A stretch of 64,000 bases of DNA from Methylotenera sp. (GCA_040401175.1 JBBAOU010000003.1:9389-73388), one strand, 5' to 3'. Positions 18,988 through 29,507 are shown, counted from the first letter of the stretch. Translations and numbers: made by a program. The notes: a model not told the origin generated them from the letters alone.

Positions 18988-20007
18988 ATGAACAACATAA
19001 CAACATCAGATCGTAGTGATATGCTAACAACCGTTAGTGAATTAGCTGCAGCATTTTTAACTGTAGATGAAGCAAGTGAAGGGCAGCGTGTTGATAACTA
19101 TCTCACTAAGACATTAAAAGGTGTACCAAAAAGTCACGTATATCGCATTTTACGTAGCGGTGAAGTCCGTGTTAATAAGAAGCGCGTGAATGCTGATTCA
19201 CGATTGAGTTTGGGCGATATTGTCAGAATTCCACCTATCCGCGCGACGATTATTGAAAAGCCGTTGCACGCGACGCCAGCCACATCAAAGTTTGAGCAGG
19301 CCATTATTTTTGAAGATGATGCAATGCTGGTGATTGACAAACCAGCTGGCTTTGCCGTACATGGCGGCAGCGGCATTAGTCGTGGTGTTATTGAGCAACT
19401 GCGATTAGAACGACCAAAAGCTAAGTTTTTAGAATTAGTACATCGTTTAGACCGTGAAACTTCTGGCGTGCTAATGCTGGCTAAAAAGAGAAGTGCGCTG
19501 GTGGCTTTGCACGAGGCAATTCGTAACCACCAAACTGATAAGCGTTACGTGATGTTGGTACAGGGTGAGTGGTTGGAGGCAAAAAAACGTGTAATGCTAG
19601 ACTTGCAGAAATATCTTTTACCTAATGGTGAGCGACGTGTGAACGTAGTGACTGATGCCTCAAAAGATAAATATGATGAGCGCCAAACTTCTGAGACGCT
19701 GTTTAAATTACTTAAAAATTACGATAACCCTGTGATCGGTAAGTTTAGTTTGCTTGAGGCGCAATTGGTGACCGGTCGTACGCATCAACTACGCGTGCAA
19801 CTGGCGCATTTAGGCTTTGTGATTGTGGGTGATGATAAATACGGTGATTTTGCGCTGAATAAGGCTTTGGTCAAGCATGGCCTAAAGCGCATGTTTTTGC
19901 ATTCTTCCGTGACTAAAATTCGACATCCATTAACAAGCGATAAGCTTGAATTGTTAGCGCCTATGCCAGCGGAGCTCAGTAAGTTTTTATTAAAGTTAGA
20001 GCCATAG
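18988..20007 (+). CDS. rluC: 23S rRNA pseudouridine 955/2504/2580 synthase
   Basis: S4 domain (GQRVDNYL), HRLDRETSG catalytic motif and TGRTHQLRV. Divergent from rne as in other proteobacteria. Start is 18988 or 19021. Confidence 0.94.
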   Translation: MNNITTSDRSDMLTTVSELAAAFLTVDEASEGQRVDNYLTKTLKGVPKSHVYRILRSGEVRVNKKRVNADSRLSLGDIVRIPPIRATIIEKPLHATPATSKFEQAIIFEDDAMLVIDKPAGFAVHGGSGISRGVIEQLRLERPKAKFLELVHRLDRETSGVLMLAKKRSALVALHEAIRNHQTDKRYVMLVQGEWLEAKKRVMLDLQKYLLPNGERRVNVVTDASKDKYDERQTSETLFKLLKNYDNPVIGKFSLLEAQLVTGRTHQLRVQLAHLGFVIVGDDKYGDFALNKALVKHGLKRMFLHSSVTKIRHPLTSDKLELLAPMPAELSKFLLKLEP

Positions 20008-20114
20008 ACTTAGATATTAGCAAGTTAAATATTACTCAGAACTTTAGGCATTAATTTGAGCCATATTCGTTAGTTAGCTCATAAAAAATATCAATCTAGA
20101 AAGTGTATATACGA

Positions 20115-20771
20115 ATGGCAAAGCAGTTTGATTTAATTGTATGGGATTGGGATGGTACTTTAGCCAATTCTACAAGCATGATTACCGTTGCATTACTTAA
20201 GGCCGCTGAGCAAGTAGGCTTGCCGACCATCACATCAAAGGCAGCAAGCGATATTATCGGATTGGGTCTGCGCGAGTCTATTCACAGTTTGTATGGCGAC
20301 ATTCCGGCTGAGAAAGCGCAAGCCTTTGCAAGTCAATATAGTGCTAATTACTATGCAGGTGAAAGTAAGATCCCCCTATTTGAAGGTGCTGCCGAAACAA
20401 TCAAGGCGCTTCATAAACGTGGTTATAAGTTGGCTGTGGCTACCGGCAAAGGTCGCCGTGGCTTGAATTTAGCGCTCGAGCATACTGGTTTGACTAGATT
20501 TTTCCATTCAACACGTACGGTAGATGAGTGCTTTTCAAAACCGCACCCACAAATGTTAGATGAATTAATGGATTATTTTGTTGTATTGCCAGAGCGCACA
20601 CTCATGATAGGTGACACCAGTTACGATTTACACATGGCGCAAAATGCTGGTGTTAGTGCGATTGGCGTCACTTACGGAGCCCAACAGGCTGAGCAATGGC
20701 AGCACTTGAATCCAGTTCAGCAATTTAATGATTTTTCCAGCTTGAGTCTATGGTTGCTGGAAAACGCCTAA
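20115..20771 (+). CDS. HAD-IA family hydrolase (phosphoglycolate phosphatase-like)
   Basis: WDWDGTL motif I, ATGK, SKPHP and MIGDTSYD. Confidence 0.92.
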   Translation: MAKQFDLIVWDWDGTLANSTSMITVALLKAAEQVGLPTITSKAASDIIGLGLRESIHSLYGDIPAEKAQAFASQYSANYYAGESKIPLFEGAAETIKALHKRGYKLAVATGKGRRGLNLALEHTGLTRFFHSTRTVDECFSKPHPQMLDELMDYFVVLPERTLMIGDTSYDLHMAQNAGVSAIGVTYGAQQAEQWQHLNPVQQFNDFSSLSLWLLENA

Positions 20772-20782
20772 GTTATTTTCAT

Positions 20783-21142
20783 ATGAATCAAACCGAAAAT
20801 ATCATTAGCTACAAAAGTGAAGATTTGATAAATGAAGACAAGGGCATTCGTTTTCCTTTACCTGCATTAGGTGAATTTGCTACAGGTTTTGTTGTACGGT
20901 TTCATGGAAAACCTTATGCTTATGTTAATAAATGTGCGCATGTGCCGGTTGAATTGGACTGGAATGAAGGCGAGTTCTTCGCAGCACAAAAAGATTATTT
21001 AATTTGTGCCACTCACGGTGCACATTATCAGCCAGATACTGGCTTTTGTGTGATGGGCCCATGCAAAGGTAAGCTTTTAAAAGCAATTGAAGTGATAGAG
21101 AAAAACCAACAAATCATTATTAATTTAGACACTGCTTGTTAG
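20783..21142 (+). CDS. Rieske [2Fe-2S] ferredoxin-like protein
   Basis: CAH...CATHGA ligand motifs, plus GPC. Confidence 0.92.
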   Translation: MNQTENIISYKSEDLINEDKGIRFPLPALGEFATGFVVRFHGKPYAYVNKCAHVPVELDWNEGEFFAAQKDYLICATHGAHYQPDTGFCVMGPCKGKLLKAIEVIEKNQQIIINLDTAC

Positions 21143-21215
21143 AATAAAGTAACTTGCATCTAACTATTAGAAACGATAATTCAATATATTTTTAAATTTG
21201 TCATTGAGAAAAAAC

Positions 21216-22202
21216 ATGTCAGAAGATAACCAGCAACCACACGATCCAGCACAAGATTCTAAATGGCAGCGTGACACTATAGAAAAACTCGCTTCTTCAG
21301 CACTTGCCGAGCAAAAAACCTCGCGCCGCTGGAGTATTTTTTTTAAAGCCCTTATTTTTATTTATTTGTTCACAATTCTATTTTATGCCCTAGGTGTATT
21401 TGGCGTCGGCAAAAAAAGTGCAGCCTTTCATACTGCGCTGATTGAAATTAATGGCGTTATTGAAGCCGGAGGTGAAGTTAATGCAGACTCGGTGATGAGT
21501 AGCCTGCATGACGCTTATGATAATAAAGGTACCAAAGGTATTATTTTGCGCATTAATAGCCCTGGTGGCAGCCCGGTACAAGCGGGCATTATTAATGATG
21601 AAATTTATCGTTTAAAAAAACTACATCCGACTATTCCTGTATTTGCTGTGGTCGAAGATATCTGTGCATCTGGAGGTTACTACATTGCTGTTGCAGCCGA
21701 TAAAATTTATGTTGATAAAGCTAGCATAGTTGGATCTATTGGTGTGTTAATGGACGGATATGGTTTTACTGAAGTGATGAAAAAAGTGGGTGTTGAGCGT
21801 CGTTTGATGACTGCAGGTGAAAATAAAGGCATGTTAGATCCATTTTCGCCGATTAACCCTAAGCAGCAAGTGCTGGCACAAACCATGCTAAATGAAATTC
21901 ATGAGCAATTTAAAGCCGTAGTGAGGAAGGGCAGGGGCCAACGTTTGAAAGAAACGCCAGAAACCTTTAGTGGCTTATTTTGGAGTGGCGAGCAAGGTGT
22001 TAAATTGGGTTTGGCTGACGCTATCGGTAGTGCTGATTTCGTTGCACGTGAAGTGATTAAGCAAGAGGAAATCGTCGATTTTACTAACCAAGAAGATTTT
22101 GCTAGCCGTATTGCAAAACGTATTGGTGCCAGCGCAAGTGCAGTAATAGGTGAAACTTTAGCCAAGCAATTAGTTTCAGTTGGCGAAGTAAAGTTACGCT
22201 AA
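21216..22202 (+). CDS. S49 family peptidase (SppA-like signal peptide peptidase)
   Basis: RINSPGGSPVQ, CASGGYY and SIVGSIGV, with one N-terminal TM helix. Confidence 0.93.
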   Translation: MSEDNQQPHDPAQDSKWQRDTIEKLASSALAEQKTSRRWSIFFKALIFIYLFTILFYALGVFGVGKKSAAFHTALIEINGVIEAGGEVNADSVMSSLHDAYDNKGTKGIILRINSPGGSPVQAGIINDEIYRLKKLHPTIPVFAVVEDICASGGYYIAVAADKIYVDKASIVGSIGVLMDGYGFTEVMKKVGVERRLMTAGENKGMLDPFSPINPKQQVLAQTMLNEIHEQFKAVVRKGRGQRLKETPETFSGLFWSGEQGVKLGLADAIGSADFVAREVIKQEEIVDFTNQEDFASRIAKRIGASASAVIGETLAKQLVSVGEVKLR

Positions 22203-22418
22203 CTTAGTTAAAGATATTGGTTAATAATGCTGATTAATCGGCAATTAGGGCATATTCTACCTAGTGGTAAATGCGACAAATTACGCTTAATTTTAATTAT
22301 ATTCATATATAAGGCTCAGCTCTTACGGTAGATAGAAATGCTAAATAAGTATATGTTGCTAGATTAAATGCAAGTGTAATTAACAAGAATCTGCATCACC
22401 AATAACTGAGATTTAAAT

Positions 22419-23051
22419 ATGAAAAATATCCTTATTGCCAATACAAAAGGTGGCTGCGGAAAAACAACATTGGCCACCAACTTGGCCGCTTACTTTGCCT
22501 TGGCTGGTTGTCAGGTAATGCTTTCCGATATGGATAGGCAAAAGTCATCAACGCAATGGATCTATCGCCGGCCTATTAATGCGCCGTTGATTCATGCCCA
22601 TGACGCACGTGGCAAGCCACCTAAATTTGAGCCTGAATGGCTTATTACAGATTCACCTGCAGGCATCCGTGACGAGCGCTTATCTGATGCAATTAAGTTG
22701 GCAGACTGCGTCATCGTGCCTATTCAACCCTCTGCATTTGATATTGGTGCCACAAAAGAATTCTTAGATATTCTTGCTGAGGAGAAGGCGATTCGAAAAA
22801 ATAAAACTTTTGTGGCTTTAGTGGGTATGCGCGTCAATGCCCGTACAAATGCTGCCACTGGATTGGCCGAATCTATTGAAAAAATGGGTTTCCCTGTGCT
22901 TACTTATCTTCGCAACGCACAAGTTTATGCCAGCGCCGCAGAACAGGGTATCTCACTATTTGAGATGCGGCCATCGCTAGTTAAGCAGGATTTAGAGCAA
23001 TGGCGTCCACTACTGAAATGGATTTCTGATACGACCTCAACTAAAGGTTAA
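22419..23051 (+). CDS. Short orphan ParA/MinD-family ATPase
   Basis: Deviant Walker A KGGCGKTT, DMDRQKS, Walker B ITDSPA and PIQPSAFD. 210 aa with no N-terminal HTH. Confidence 0.92.
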   Translation: MKNILIANTKGGCGKTTLATNLAAYFALAGCQVMLSDMDRQKSSTQWIYRRPINAPLIHAHDARGKPPKFEPEWLITDSPAGIRDERLSDAIKLADCVIVPIQPSAFDIGATKEFLDILAEEKAIRKNKTFVALVGMRVNARTNAATGLAESIEKMGFPVLTYLRNAQVYASAAEQGISLFEMRPSLVKQDLEQWRPLLKWISDTTSTKG

Positions 23052-23152
23052 TCACGTATATATGCGCTAAATGTAACAAAAAATTCACACATACTTCATT
23101 CATTATTTCTTACAATGAGGAATTAAATTTCATATAATAATCCTGAGAAATA

Positions 23153-23386
23153 GTGACTATGGTAAGTAAAATAGCGAGTGAAGAGTATCAAGTTAAAGTA
23201 AAACTTTTGAAGGAAGATGAGGCTGAGCGACTCTTGTCCAGGATGAGCGGTAAGCTACCAAAACGCCTAGATAAAGATAAGTTAAGTCGAGATGACGCCT
23301 TAGCCTTGCAGATGGAACTTGAGGACGAGCGACTCAATGAGTGGCGTGAAAGAATGGTTAAAATTAAAAATGGGTCAAATAAATAG
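23153..23386 (+). CDS. Hypothetical highly charged helical protein (77 aa)
   Basis: Uninterrupted ORF with GAG RBS, rich in E/K/R/D/L with coiled-coil-like periodicity. Function unknown. Confidence 0.75.
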   Translation: MTMVSKIASEEYQVKVKLLKEDEAERLLSRMSGKLPKRLDKDKLSRDDALALQMELEDERLNEWRERMVKIKNGSNK

Positions 23387-23445
23387 CTTAAAAAAACTAG
23401 TTGCTTGTGCTTTTGGTAAATAATAATCTTAGATGAGAATGCACT

Positions 23446-23823
23446 ATGTCCAAGCTAGTTAAACAGCAAATTAATTGGTTAGAATTTCCTGAAGACAAAG
23501 ACTATCCTGCTGCAGCTTCCTATTTAAGCTTAATTTACGAAACTAAGCTAGCTGACGCTTTGGTTGATCAATTGAAATCTACAAGCATCACAAAATTTAA
23601 AGCTAAAGATTTGTTTCGCGCCTCTCATTTATCGCTGCTTGGCATTAGTAATTCTCACGTGCGTAAAGATGCCAGAAAAATCAAGACAGGTGATCAAATT
23701 TCACCACTTCTTCTGGTCAGAGATCAAGTGAACGGTAAGGTTGTAATAGCGGATGGTTATCATCGATTGTGTGCGGTGTATCGCTATGATGAGGACGCGT
23801 TAATCCCCTGTAAAATTACCTAA
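23446..23823 (+). CDS. Hypothetical protein with a ParB/sulfiredoxin-like N-terminal fold motif (125 aa)
   Basis: PLLLVRD...VVIADGYHRLCA resembles the ParB/Srx DG.HR motif. Too short to carry an HTH or dimerisation domain. Confidence 0.75.
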   Translation: MSKLVKQQINWLEFPEDKDYPAAASYLSLIYETKLADALVDQLKSTSITKFKAKDLFRASHLSLLGISNSHVRKDARKIKTGDQISPLLLVRDQVNGKVVIADGYHRLCAVYRYDEDALIPCKIT

Positions 23824-23863
23824 ATAAACCTTACCAAATAAGCCAATTTACTATGTAATAGAA

Positions 23864-25213
23864 TTAGAATTCGACATGGAAGCGCAGTGCTGAAAAATTT
23901 ACTGCGCCTCTATCACTGTTATATCCTGGGTTCAACATCCGTTGGTAGTCCGCAGTCACATATAAATCTTTCCAGACATTAGCGCTGTAATAAGTTTCAA
24001 ATACCTGTTCTGGCTGATAGTTAAGTTTGCTATCACCAAGGAAAAAAGAAATGCCTCCGGCTGCTAAATAACGTCGGCGCTCATCCGAAAGTGTGTTTCG
24101 AAGGTATCCCAAGCCAAACGTGTCTTTAGGCCGCTGCCAAGCGTTGCCTTTTAATGAAAATCCAGCGCCAAGTGACGCGTCTGTTTCTGTAAAAGCCAGT
24201 GTTTCCGTCTTACCATCGGCCTGCATAGCCCTTAGGAAAAATCCTAAATCATTATTAATAGCTTGTTCCAGATTAATACCTAAGCCATACTTATTTTTTT
24301 CACTTCCGCGCACGACAAAAATAGCTTGAGCATCGCTATTCGGATTAGCCATGTGGTATTCCAGCGCATCTTGAAAAGTGGCAAGCTTTGCGCGGTTTCT
24401 CCAAGCTAACAACCTTAGTTTACCCGGCTGTCCAAATAACATGTGTGCATGCTCAACCTCTGCCTGGTCACCGTAGTGTTTGAAAATTTTAAAATCGGTC
24501 GCCAGCATATTGGGGTCTTTAGGTCCGGTCATCCGACCTATGCGATATACCCAGTCTCCTTGATACCACTCACTGGTAAAACCAAAGCCAAAGCCTCTAG
24601 CATCAGCCGCATAATCATAGGCAAGTGGAGCCATAAAGCCAGCATTCATAAATTGTACTCGCGGGTCTTTAGCATAAGCATTGCCATCAAACACATCTAG
24701 GGTTGAAAAGTTACCTAGCGTCAGCACCCAGCGATTTTTATCGACGATTCCAGCCATTTGATTGAGTGCAGATTCGACCTTAATTGCCTCGCCACCAAGG
24801 TTAACCGTCTGTCTCAAAAATAATCGTTGCCGATAAAGCTTAGGATCAGTAGTCCCAGTGCGTGTAAGTTCGCCATTGGTAAAGGCGCCCGTACCATTTA
24901 GCCCAGAAAATGGAGCGCCTTGAGTCAGCTCAGGATTGAGGTAAATTTCAGCGCCTTGCCAAGGGCGAAATCCAAAAAATCCAGTAATGGTCGCTGTGTA
25001 GCTTTTTTCTGCTTCTGCACTAAGGCTATTTGGCCCGCTATATTTTGCTTGAAAGGATGGTTTTTTCTGCCACATATAGGTGCTTTGAAAGCGAATTGTC
25101 TGGTCTTCATAATCCGTTTCTTGCGCCATGCTTTTAAACGAAATCATTAATCCCGTAAGCATTAATATGTAAGGAATTAAATGGTAGGTTTGACTCGGTA
25201 GATTGAATTTCAT
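23864..25213 (-). CDS. Outer-membrane porin, OprB/carbohydrate-porin family (MnoP-like)
   Basis: Signal peptide, PKLYRQRLFLRQT, FDGNAYAKDPRVQFMN, DYAADARG and C-terminal LRFHVEF. ATG at 25213 preferred. Confidence 0.8.
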   Translation of the reverse strand: MKFNLPSQTYHLIPYILMLTGLMISFKSMAQETDYEDQTIRFQSTYMWQKKPSFQAKYSGPNSLSAEAEKSYTATITGFFGFRPWQGAEIYLNPELTQGAPFSGLNGTGAFTNGELTRTGTTDPKLYRQRLFLRQTVNLGGEAIKVESALNQMAGIVDKNRWVLTLGNFSTLDVFDGNAYAKDPRVQFMNAGFMAPLAYDYAADARGFGFGFTSEWYQGDWVYRIGRMTGPKDPNMLATDFKIFKHYGDQAEVEHAHMLFGQPGKLRLLAWRNRAKLATFQDALEYHMANPNSDAQAIFVVRGSEKNKYGLGINLEQAINNDLGFFLRAMQADGKTETLAFTETDASLGAGFSLKGNAWQRPKDTFGLGYLRNTLSDERRRYLAAGGISFFLGDSKLNYQPEQVFETYYSANVWKDLYVTADYQRMLNPGYNSDRGAVNFSALRFHVEF

Positions 25214-25269
25214 AGGATTTTCTAAATTTTTATTATTACTATTGGGCATGTAAAATTTTGCTAAACTTC

Positions 25270-25282
25270 TTGATAATATCAA
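25270..25282. promoter_or_regulatory. 6-1-6 dyad upstream of the porin
   Basis: TTGATA-A-TATCAA, about 60 bp upstream of the porin ATG. Cognate regulator unknown. Confidence 0.3.
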
Positions 25283-25419
25283 ATTTTAGTGACAAGTATG
25301 TGAATTGAGTAATTTACTGTTCAGCCTATCATTAGTGCAAGCATCATGTTGTTGTGATTGAGCATGACAAAACAATACTGAACCTTAACTTATTGGCTGT
25401 TGACCGCTGTGTGTATTAA

Positions 25420-25469
25420 TTGACATCCTCCCCGCCCTAAAGGACGAGGTTTTACGCGTTAACTGATAA
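25420..25469 (+). mobile_element. IS200/IS605-family end remnant (PATE-like scar)
   Basis: TTGAC-ATCCTCCCCGCCCTAAAGGACGAGGTTTTACGCGTTAACTGATAA: a GC-rich imperfect hairpin (CCCCGCCC-TAAA-GGACGAGG) after TTGAC in AT-rich DNA. No transposase nearby. Family assignment is from pattern recognition. Confidence 0.6.
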
Positions 25470-25485
25470 ATGATAGTGTGCTTTC

Positions 25486-25520
25486 AAAAAAGCCCAACTC
25501 GCATCACTGCTGTTGGGCTT
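25486..25520 (-). terminator. Intrinsic terminator of pgi
   Basis: AAGCCCAAC...GTTGGGCTT stem followed by a T run on the minus strand. Confidence 0.8.
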
Positions 25521-25558
25521 GTTTATAGAGCATGCTTTATGATTTTTTTAAAAATATC

Positions 25559-27211
25559 TTAGCGATGTGCCTTAGTGTGATTGATTAAACCATTCGTTGA
25601 GCTGTCGTAATTACTGACTATTTCATCGTTAGTTAATTGTGGCAAGATTTGTTGTGCAATCTGTTTTCCATATTCTACGCCCCATTGGTCGTAACTATTA
25701 ATATCCCAAATCATGCCTTGCACAAATATTTTATGTTCATACAAAGCAATTAATCGTCCTAAAGTGTTCGGTGTTAGCTTGTCGAACATAATTGAAGTGC
25801 TAGGACGATTACCTTCAAATACTTTATGCGGTAAAAGATTCTCAATTGCTTCGCCTGACATGCCTTGTTGGTCTAGCTCTTCACGTGCCTGTTCTTGAGT
25901 TTTGCCCAGCATCAGCGATTGTGTTTGCGCCAAAAAGTTAGCTAGCAAAATTTTGTGGTGCGCGTAACCGCTTTTACCAATAGCATAATGGCTATGTACA
26001 GGCATTAAGAAGTCACACGGCACAATTTGCGTACCTTGATGTATCAACTGATAAAACGCATGCTGACCATTTGTCCCAGCTTCACCCCAAATTACCGGGC
26101 CGGTTTTGTATTTTACCCGACTACCGTCACGGCAAATAAACTTGCCATTACTTTCCATATCCGCTTGTTGCATATAAGCTGGGAAGCGTGCCATGCCTTG
26201 ATCGTAAGGCAAAATTGCGTGCGTATCGGCATTAAAAAAGTTGTTATACCAAATGCCAATGAGCGCCATAATGACCGGCATATTTTGCTCTAATGGCGCA
26301 GTTTTGAAATGAACATCCATTTCATGCGCGCCAGTGAGTAGGGCTTCAAAGTTGTCCATGCCTACATATAAGGCTATAGATAAACCAATGGCCGACCAAA
26401 GTGAGTAGCGTCCGCCCACCCAATCCCAAAAAGCGAACATATTGTTAGTATCGATACCAAACGCTTGCACAGCTTTGGCGTTTGTAGAAAGCGCTACAAA
26501 GTGCTTTGCAACCTGCGCTTCATCTTTTGCTGTGGCCAAAAACCAAGTGCGCGCAGAGAGTCCATTGGTCATGGTTTCTTGTGTAGTAAATGTTTTGGAA
26601 GCGACTATAAATAATGTCGTTTCAGGATTACACACTTCAAGTGCACGCATTAAATGCGCACCGTCGATATTTGACACAAAGTGGATTTCTAAGTCTGGAC
26701 CTGCGTATGGTTTTAAAGCATCACAAACCATTACTGGACCCAAGTCAGAACCACCAATGCCAATATTGACGATGTCGGTAATACGTTTCCCGCTATAGCC
26801 TAGCCAGCTACCATCACGTACTTTTTCTGAAAACTCACGCATTTGTGCTAATACAGCGTTCACCTCTGGCATCACATCTTTGCCATCAACCATCACTGGC
26901 GTATTGGCACGATTGCGCAGGGCGGTATGCAGCACCGCACGATTTTCCGTGATATTGATTTTTTCACCCGCAAACATGCGGTCGCGCCAGCTTTCAATTT
27001 TTGATTCACGGGCCATTTTCATCAGTAATGGCATGGTTTCATCATTAATTAAATGCTTAGAATAATCTAATAATAAATCATCAAACATCAGACTGAATTT
27101 ATTAAATCGATCAGGGTCATTTGCGAATAAATCGCGCATGTGTGTGGAAATAACTTTTTCTTTATGTAGGCAAAGAGTTTGCCATACTGGTAGTTCAGTT
27201 AATGTTGCCAT
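25559..27211 (-). CDS. pgi: Glucose-6-phosphate isomerase
   Basis: [34 protein letters not shown] and DQWGVE. Confidence 0.98.
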   Translation of the reverse strand: MATLTELPVWQTLCLHKEKVISTHMRDLFANDPDRFNKFSLMFDDLLLDYSKHLINDETMPLLMKMARESKIESWRDRMFAGEKINITENRAVLHTALRNRANTPVMVDGKDVMPEVNAVLAQMREFSEKVRDGSWLGYSGKRITDIVNIGIGGSDLGPVMVCDALKPYAGPDLEIHFVSNIDGAHLMRALEVCNPETTLFIVASKTFTTQETMTNGLSARTWFLATAKDEAQVAKHFVALSTNAKAVQAFGIDTNNMFAFWDWVGGRYSLWSAIGLSIALYVGMDNFEALLTGAHEMDVHFKTAPLEQNMPVIMALIGIWYNNFFNADTHAILPYDQGMARFPAYMQQADMESNGKFICRDGSRVKYKTGPVIWGEAGTNGQHAFYQLIHQGTQIVPCDFLMPVHSHYAIGKSGYAHHKILLANFLAQTQSLMLGKTQEQAREELDQQGMSGEAIENLLPHKVFEGNRPSTSIMFDKLTPNTLGRLIALYEHKIFVQGMIWDINSYDQWGVEYGKQIAQQILPQLTNDEIVSNYDSSTNGLINHTKAHR

Positions 27212-27236
27212 TGATGTGAAAGTGCTTTTTATTAAG

Positions 27237-29507
27237 TTATTTTAATTGTAAAACGATACCAGCCAAAGGTGGCAAAGTTATTACAAGCGATTGATTATGA
27301 TGCATCCATGCAATATTTTCAGTATTTAATGCTGGTCCGTTTCCACTATTACTACCACCGTAGCAGGCTGCATCACTGTTAAATATTTCATTATAAGTGC
27401 CAGCTTGAGGCACGCCAATTCTATATTGATTGCGTAACACAGGCGTAAAATTCAACACTATTATAACAAAACTATTGTCTAAGCCCCGTCTAATGAAGCT
27501 GATTATCGATTGTTCTGTGTCGTGACAGTCTATCCATTCGAAGCCTTGGTGCTCAAAATCAAGCGTATGTAAGGCTGTGATGTTTTTATAAAGCTTGTTT
27601 AAATCGTTGTTGGCTAACTTGATGCCTTGATGCCAAGCGTGGCCTGCATATTCATCACCTAGTAAATGCCAATCTAGGCTACTGTTTACGTTCCATTCTC
27701 GTCCTTGTCCAAACTCATTGCCCATAAAGTTGAGTTTTTTACCCGGAGCTGTCATTTGGTGTGTGGCTAACAAACGCAAATTTGCGAACTTTTGCCATGT
27801 ATCACCTGGCATTTTGTCGAGTAAGGAATGCTTTCCGTGCACCACTTCATCATGCGAGAACGGTAATACAAAATTTTCTGAATAGGCGTAGAGCTGACCA
27901 AAAGTAAGCATGTCGTGGGAATAACGTCTATGTACCGGGTCGTTTTCAATGTATGAAAGCGTGTCGTTCATCCAGCCCATATTCCATTTCATACTGAAGC
28001 CTAAGCCGCCCAAATAAACTGGTCTAGATACGCCAGGCCAAGCAGTAGATTCTTCGGCTATCGTTAGTACGCCGGGGAATTCTTCACCCACCATGACGTT
28101 AAACTGTTTCAAGAAATCAATGACATCTAGATTTTCACGACCGCCAAATTTATTGGGTAGCCATTCACCTGCTTTACGTGAGTAATCAAGGTATAGCATA
28201 GACGCGACAGCATCTACCCTAAAGCCGTCAATATGGAATTCAGTCAGCCAATAATGCGCGTTAGCCATTAAGAAGTTACGCACTTCATTACGGCCGTAAT
28301 TGAATATATAAGTTCCCCAATCTTGGTGTTCACCTAGGCGCGGATCTTCATGCTCGTATAAAGCGGTACCATCAAAACGTGCTAAGGCCCAGTCGTCCTT
28401 AGGAAAATGGCCTGGCACCCAGTCCAGAATTACACCGATATTCGCTTGATGGAAAGCGTCAATTAAAAAGCGTAAATCGTCTGGTGAGCCAAATCTATTC
28501 GTCACACCAAAATAGCCTGTGGTTTGATAGCCCCAAGATTCTGTCAGTGGATGTTCTGAAATTGGCATTAATTCAATATGCGTATAACCCATTTGAGCGA
28601 CGTAAGGCACTAATGTTGTTGCCATCTCTCTGTAGCTTAAGAAGTGACCTTTATCATTGCGCTGCCAAGAGCCCAAATGCACTTCGTAACAATTAAATGG
28701 CGCATGTAACCAATCATTCTTCTTGCGTGACTCTAGCCAATGCTTATCTTGCCATTGATGAAGGCTCTTACTGATTTTTGCTGCGGTACCTGGGCGTTGT
28801 TCAAACTCAAAACCATATGGATCGGTTTTAACTAACACGCCATCCGTTTGACGATTGCGAATTTCGAATTTATAAGTGTCGCTGGTGGTCAGGTTTGGAA
28901 TAAAAATATCCCATACACCACTGGCACCGTGTGCGCGCATAGAATGAATTCGGCCATCCCAGCCATTGAAGTTGCCTGTAACACTTACACGTTCAGCGTT
29001 TGGCGCCCATACAGCAAAACGAATACCCTCAACATTATCTTGCGTGATCCATTGGGCACCTAAGGTTTTATAGGCTTGTTTTAGTCGGCCTTCGCCAAAT
29101 AAATAAAGCTCGTCAGGCGTAATGCTAGAAGAAAACGTGTACGGATCGTATGACTCATAACTATGGTCTGCACACTCTATTTTCAGTAGGCATGGCGTCT
29201 TAAGTGCGCTGGCACCATGCCACTCAAACAAACCATCGTCGTGTATTTTGTCTAATTTCACCCACGTTTTTGAGCTTTTAGCCCAAACGTTAGTAGCCCT
29301 GGGTAAAAAAGCACGATAGACAAAGCCATCTTCAGTAGCATGCTGGCCTAAGAAACTAAAAGGGTCGTGGTGTTTGGCTTTTAATATTAATTGCAAAGAT
29401 TTAGCCGAGCCAGATGATAATCCGTTTGAGTTCGGTTTTTTCTTTAGCACCGTTTTAGCATCGGCATTGATGTCGGCTTGTGGCAGCGTTGCTGTAGATT
29501 TTACCAA
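27237..29507 (-). CDS. glgB: 1,4-alpha-glucan branching enzyme (GH13)
   Basis: [37 protein letters not shown] and [15 protein letters not shown] start after GAGGA. Confidence 0.98.
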   Translation of the reverse strand: MVKSTATLPQADINADAKTVLKKKPNSNGLSSGSAKSLQLILKAKHHDPFSFLGQHATEDGFVYRAFLPRATNVWAKSSKTWVKLDKIHDDGLFEWHGASALKTPCLLKIECADHSYESYDPYTFSSSITPDELYLFGEGRLKQAYKTLGAQWITQDNVEGIRFAVWAPNAERVSVTGNFNGWDGRIHSMRAHGASGVWDIFIPNLTTSDTYKFEIRNRQTDGVLVKTDPYGFEFEQRPGTAAKISKSLHQWQDKHWLESRKKNDWLHAPFNCYEVHLGSWQRNDKGHFLSYREMATTLVPYVAQMGYTHIELMPISEHPLTESWGYQTTGYFGVTNRFGSPDDLRFLIDAFHQANIGVILDWVPGHFPKDDWALARFDGTALYEHEDPRLGEHQDWGTYIFNYGRNEVRNFLMANAHYWLTEFHIDGFRVDAVASMLYLDYSRKAGEWLPNKFGGRENLDVIDFLKQFNVMVGEEFPGVLTIAEESTAWPGVSRPVYLGGLGFSMKWNMGWMNDTLSYIENDPVHRRYSHDMLTFGQLYAYSENFVLPFSHDEVVHGKHSLLDKMPGDTWQKFANLRLLATHQMTAPGKKLNFMGNEFGQGREWNVNSSLDWHLLGDEYAGHAWHQGIKLANNDLNKLYKNITALHTLDFEHQGFEWIDCHDTEQSIISFIRRGLDNSFVIIVLNFTPVLRNQYRIGVPQAGTYNEIFNSDAACYGGSNSGNGPALNTENIAWMHHNQSLVITLPPLAGIVLQLK

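Noticed and set aside
22227-22331. 34-codon ORF upstream of parA
   Set aside because: No RBS and no recognisable features; its length is within chance expectation.
23071-23100. Pho-box-like 11-bp-spaced repeats before the 77-aa gene
   Set aside because: Each half-site matches CTGTCAT at only about 3-4 of 7 positions in AT-rich DNA, which is too weak to call.
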